Assembly: GCA_963836205.1 (NCBI GenBank)
Contig: CAWIIV010000023.1
Coordinates: forward strand, 32,001-96,000
Direction: 5' to 3'
DNA from: an uncultured Acidimicrobiia bacterium
GTDB taxonomy: Bacteria > Actinomycetota > Acidimicrobiia > Acidimicrobiales > AC-14
Length of the DNA: 64,000 nucleotides
A program made the translations under genes and the position numbers. The notes beneath the pieces are model-generated. The model was not told the DNA's origin, searched no databases, and saw nothing but the letters and a program-made list of their open reading frames with translations. Below are positions 61,058-64,000 of this stretch, in pieces. The first letter of the stretch is position 1. The number at the start of each line of letters is the position of its first letter.

Positions 61058-63723
61058 ATGCGGGCCACGAAGCTCAAGGCCGATGGTGCCGGCGTGACGG
61101 GGCTCGTGGGCTACTACGCCGGTCTGGCCGAGGACCAGCTCCGACGGGATGGGCGGAGCCGGGGGCCGATCGACTACTACCTCGACCCCAACGAACCGCC
61201 GGGCCGGTGGTGGGGCGGCGGCTCCGCTGCCGTCGAGCTGTCCGGCGACGTCAGGCCCGAGCATCTGGAGGCGTTGCTCCACGGCCGCCAACCCGGCGAT
61301 GGGCGGCAGTTGGGACGGGGCTTCGGGGCCAAGTCGGCCCGGGCCTTCGACGCAACCTTCTCGGCCCCCAAGAGCGTGTCGGTGCTGTGGGCGCTGAGCC
61401 CGGATGCCTCGATACAGGCCGAGGTGCTCGCCGCCCATGACGCGGCCGTCGTCGCCGCTTTGGACTGGCTGGAGCAGCACGGGGGAGTCACCCGGCGGGG
61501 CAGAAACGGCGTCCACCAGGTCGACACCAGGGGATTGGTGGCGGCATTGTTCCGACAGCACACCAGCCGGGACGTCGACCCGCAGCTGCACACCCACGCT
61601 GTCATCTGGGCCAAGGTCCAGGACCCAACCGGCAAGTGGCTGTCGCTCGACGCCCGGTTCCTCAAACAGCAGCAGCGTCCGATCGGCTGGGTCTACGCCG
61701 CCGCCCTACGTTCGGAGCTGTCGGCCCGCCTCGGAGTGTCGTGGGGTCCGGTAAACGAGGGCCATGCCGACATCGAAGGAATCCACGCGGGGATGCTCAC
61801 ACTCTTCTCACGGCGCAACGCCGAGGTCGACGCCAAGCTGGCCGAGGCCGTTGCCGCCTGGGTCGACGACCACGACGGCGCTGAACCCGACTCCCGCACC
61901 CTCTACCACCTGGAGCGAAACGCCGTCCTTGATAGTCGGCCGGGCAAGTCCGAGCCTGTTCCGGCCGACGAACTACGACGCGAGTGGGTGGCCCGGGCCC
62001 AGGATGCCGGTTTCGAACCGCTCGCCGTCCCACGCTGCCCACTCCAACTGACCCAGGACGCGTCCTGGGATGACGAAGCAGTCATCGCCCAGGCCCTGGA
62101 CATGGTGGCCTCGTCGTCGTCGATCTGGCTGCGGGCCGACCTGGCCCGGGAGATCGCTGCACGCCTCCCTGCCGAGGCAGCCAACTCGGCCGCCGACGTC
62201 GGCGGATCGTCGACGAACTGGCCGAGCGGGCTGGCCAGCGGTGCGTCGAGCTGCACCCGCAGACGACGAAGGGTGCGGCCCGCAGGCGCGACGGCCGGCC
62301 TGTCACCGAGCACGTGGTGGAGCGCAGGCTCAGCACGGCGGCGGTGCTGGAACAGGAGGCGTGTCTCTTGCGCTGGGCCCGGGCCAATGTCGGGACTCGC
62401 CGACCATCAGCACCCGGCGACGACGCGTACGCCGTCGCCGCCCGAGACGTAGCCGGCGATCACCGCCTCGTCCTGGTAGTCGGCCCTGCCGGTGCCGGCA
62501 AGACGACGATGCTGGCGACGGCGGTCGCCGAGCTGGCGGCGCAGGGACGAGCAGTCGTCGGCCTGGCGCCGTCGGGCAGGGCCTCCGACGTACTGGGCCG
62601 GGAGACCGGCTCGACAGCCACCACTCTGGCCAAGCGGCTCCACGAATACGGCCGAGGTGACGGGCCGCAGCCCGAGTGGCGCCTGGAGCGAGGGACCACG
62701 ATCATCCTCGACGAGGCTGGGATGGCATCGACCGACGACCTCGCTCGCCTGGTCGCCCTGGCCGACCGCCATGACTGGCGACTGGTGTGCGTCGGGGACC
62801 CGGCCCAGCTTCCGGCAGTCGGCCGAGGTGGCATATTCGCCCATTGGTGCGCAGTCCTCCCCGCCCGCCACCTCGGCGAGGTGAGGCGCTTTGCGGAGCC
62901 GTGGCAGGCGGAGGCCAGCCTGCTCCTACGGGAGGGCGATCCGGCCGCCGCCGCGCTCTATGCCCAGCACGGACGGTTGCGCACCGTCCATCCCGCCCTC
63001 ATTGCCGACCGGGTCGCCCGCCAGCACGAACGGCAGGCCGCAGGAGGCGCCATCGTCGCCATCACCACCGCCTCCACGAGCACGGCCCGAGCCATCAACA
63101 TCGAGATCCAACGGCGTCGCAACCCCCGCCAGGTCGGACGGTCGGTGTTGCTGGCCGACGAGACGAGAGTCTTCGTCGGGGACCGGGCCGCCACCCGCCG
63201 CAACGATCCCGGCCTCGTCACTACCGGCGGCGGCGCCGTTCGCAACCGCCAGACGTGGACGGTTACCGCCATCGGCGACGACGGCTCGCTCGCCGTCGCC
63301 GACGCCGAGCGTGGTTCGGTGCGCCTGCCTGCGGAGTATGCCGCCCGCCACGTCGAGCTTGGATGGGCCGTCACCGGCTACGGCAACCAGGGGACAACCG
63401 TCGACCACGGCATCTGCGTGATCGAGCCGGCGAGCACCCGGGCCGGCATCTACGTGGCCATGACCCGGGGCCGGGGCCACAACGACCCTTGGCTCGTCGA
63501 CCGCACCGGCAGCGCCGACGCCGAGGCGTCCTTCGCCGCCGCCATCGCCCGGCCGCCCAACGCCGGGACCGCCCACGCCGTCCGGGACCGGCTCTACCGA
63601 GCCGCGGGCGTTTCCCCACCGGAGCCGGCCCTCCCGGCATTGACGGACGACGACCCGGCTCGACGGATGGCCGAGCACCTCAGCCGACTGCCGGCCCAGC
63701 GGCCACCGAGTCTGAGCCGATGA
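61058..63723 (+). CDS. MobF (TrwC/TraA-like) relaxase-helicase (frameshift near 62205)
   Basis: YY motifs, DATFSAPKSVS, HTSRDVDPQLHTH and FSRR; second frame has GPAGAGKTT, DEAGM, VGDPAQL and YVAMTRGR. Confidence 0.9.
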
Positions 63724-63792
63724 GCGGCGCCGCGAGATCTGGCGGGGCTCAGCGGCCTAGTTGAGGTGATGACCGCCACAGGAGAACACACC

Positions 63793-64000
63793 ATGTCGAG
63801 AGCCTCGCAATCCGACCGCCTGCCGCTGATGGACCTGGCCGCCGTTGCCGAACGCCTCGGCGTCAACCAGCGCCACGTGCGGCGCCTCGTCGCCGAGCGC
63901 CGGATTCCGTTCGTCAAGTGGGGCCACCTACTCCGGTTCGATCCCGCGGAGATCGAGGAGTGGCTGGACGGGGCCCGGGTCGGGTCCGGGGCCGGATTGG
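63793..64000 (+). CDS. Excisionase-like HTH_17 DNA-binding protein (runs off window end)
   Basis: RBS GGAG; manual translation MSRASQSDRLPLMDLAAVAERLGVNQRHVRRLVAERRIPFVKWGHLLRFDPAEIEEWL. Confidence 0.85.
   Translation, partial: MSRASQSDRLPLMDLAAVAERLGVNQRHVRRLVAERRIPFVKWGHLLRFDPAEIEEWLDGARVGSGAGL

Larger units (their letters stand above)
56485..64000. mobile_element. Integrative mobilisable element at tRNA-Arg (left part; continues beyond the window)
   Basis: Bounded by the tRNA 3' duplication; lower-GC cargo, MobF relaxase and excisionase. Confidence 0.8.

Overview
High-GC actinobacterial chromosomal window. The gene content suggests Acidimicrobiia, which is an inference. Positions 1-49 kb hold mostly housekeeping and accessory metabolism: menaquinone genes, alkA, sufE/sulfurtransferase, a sugar ABC transporter, ligC, treYZ, ECF sigma factors, a lysine-catabolism cluster, a P450, a Mo-oxidoreductase and a stand-alone NuoF-like gene under a perfect Rex box. 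From about 49 kb the window becomes accessory. It contains an SdpAB/HTTM-like three-gene operon with an atypical small substrate-like protein, several gene remnants and an internally deleted IS481. Next comes the duplicated 3' half of a tRNA-Arg(ACG), an attachment site split by an IS256 with a 9-bp target duplication. To its right begins an integrative mobilisable element (MobF relaxase, excisionase) that runs off the window. Its lower-GC cargo is the best candidate for an undescribed system: a LexA-box-controlled SAMHD1-like HD dNTPase plus a SocA/Panacea-like protein, facing a pair of Cas4/AddB-like Fe-S PD-(D/E)XK nucleases, one of which looks catalytically degenerate. Many single-base frameshifts in otherwise intact genes suggest sequencing indel errors, so apparent fusions and pseudogenes need caution. 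All calls come from motif recognition by eye; no searches were run.
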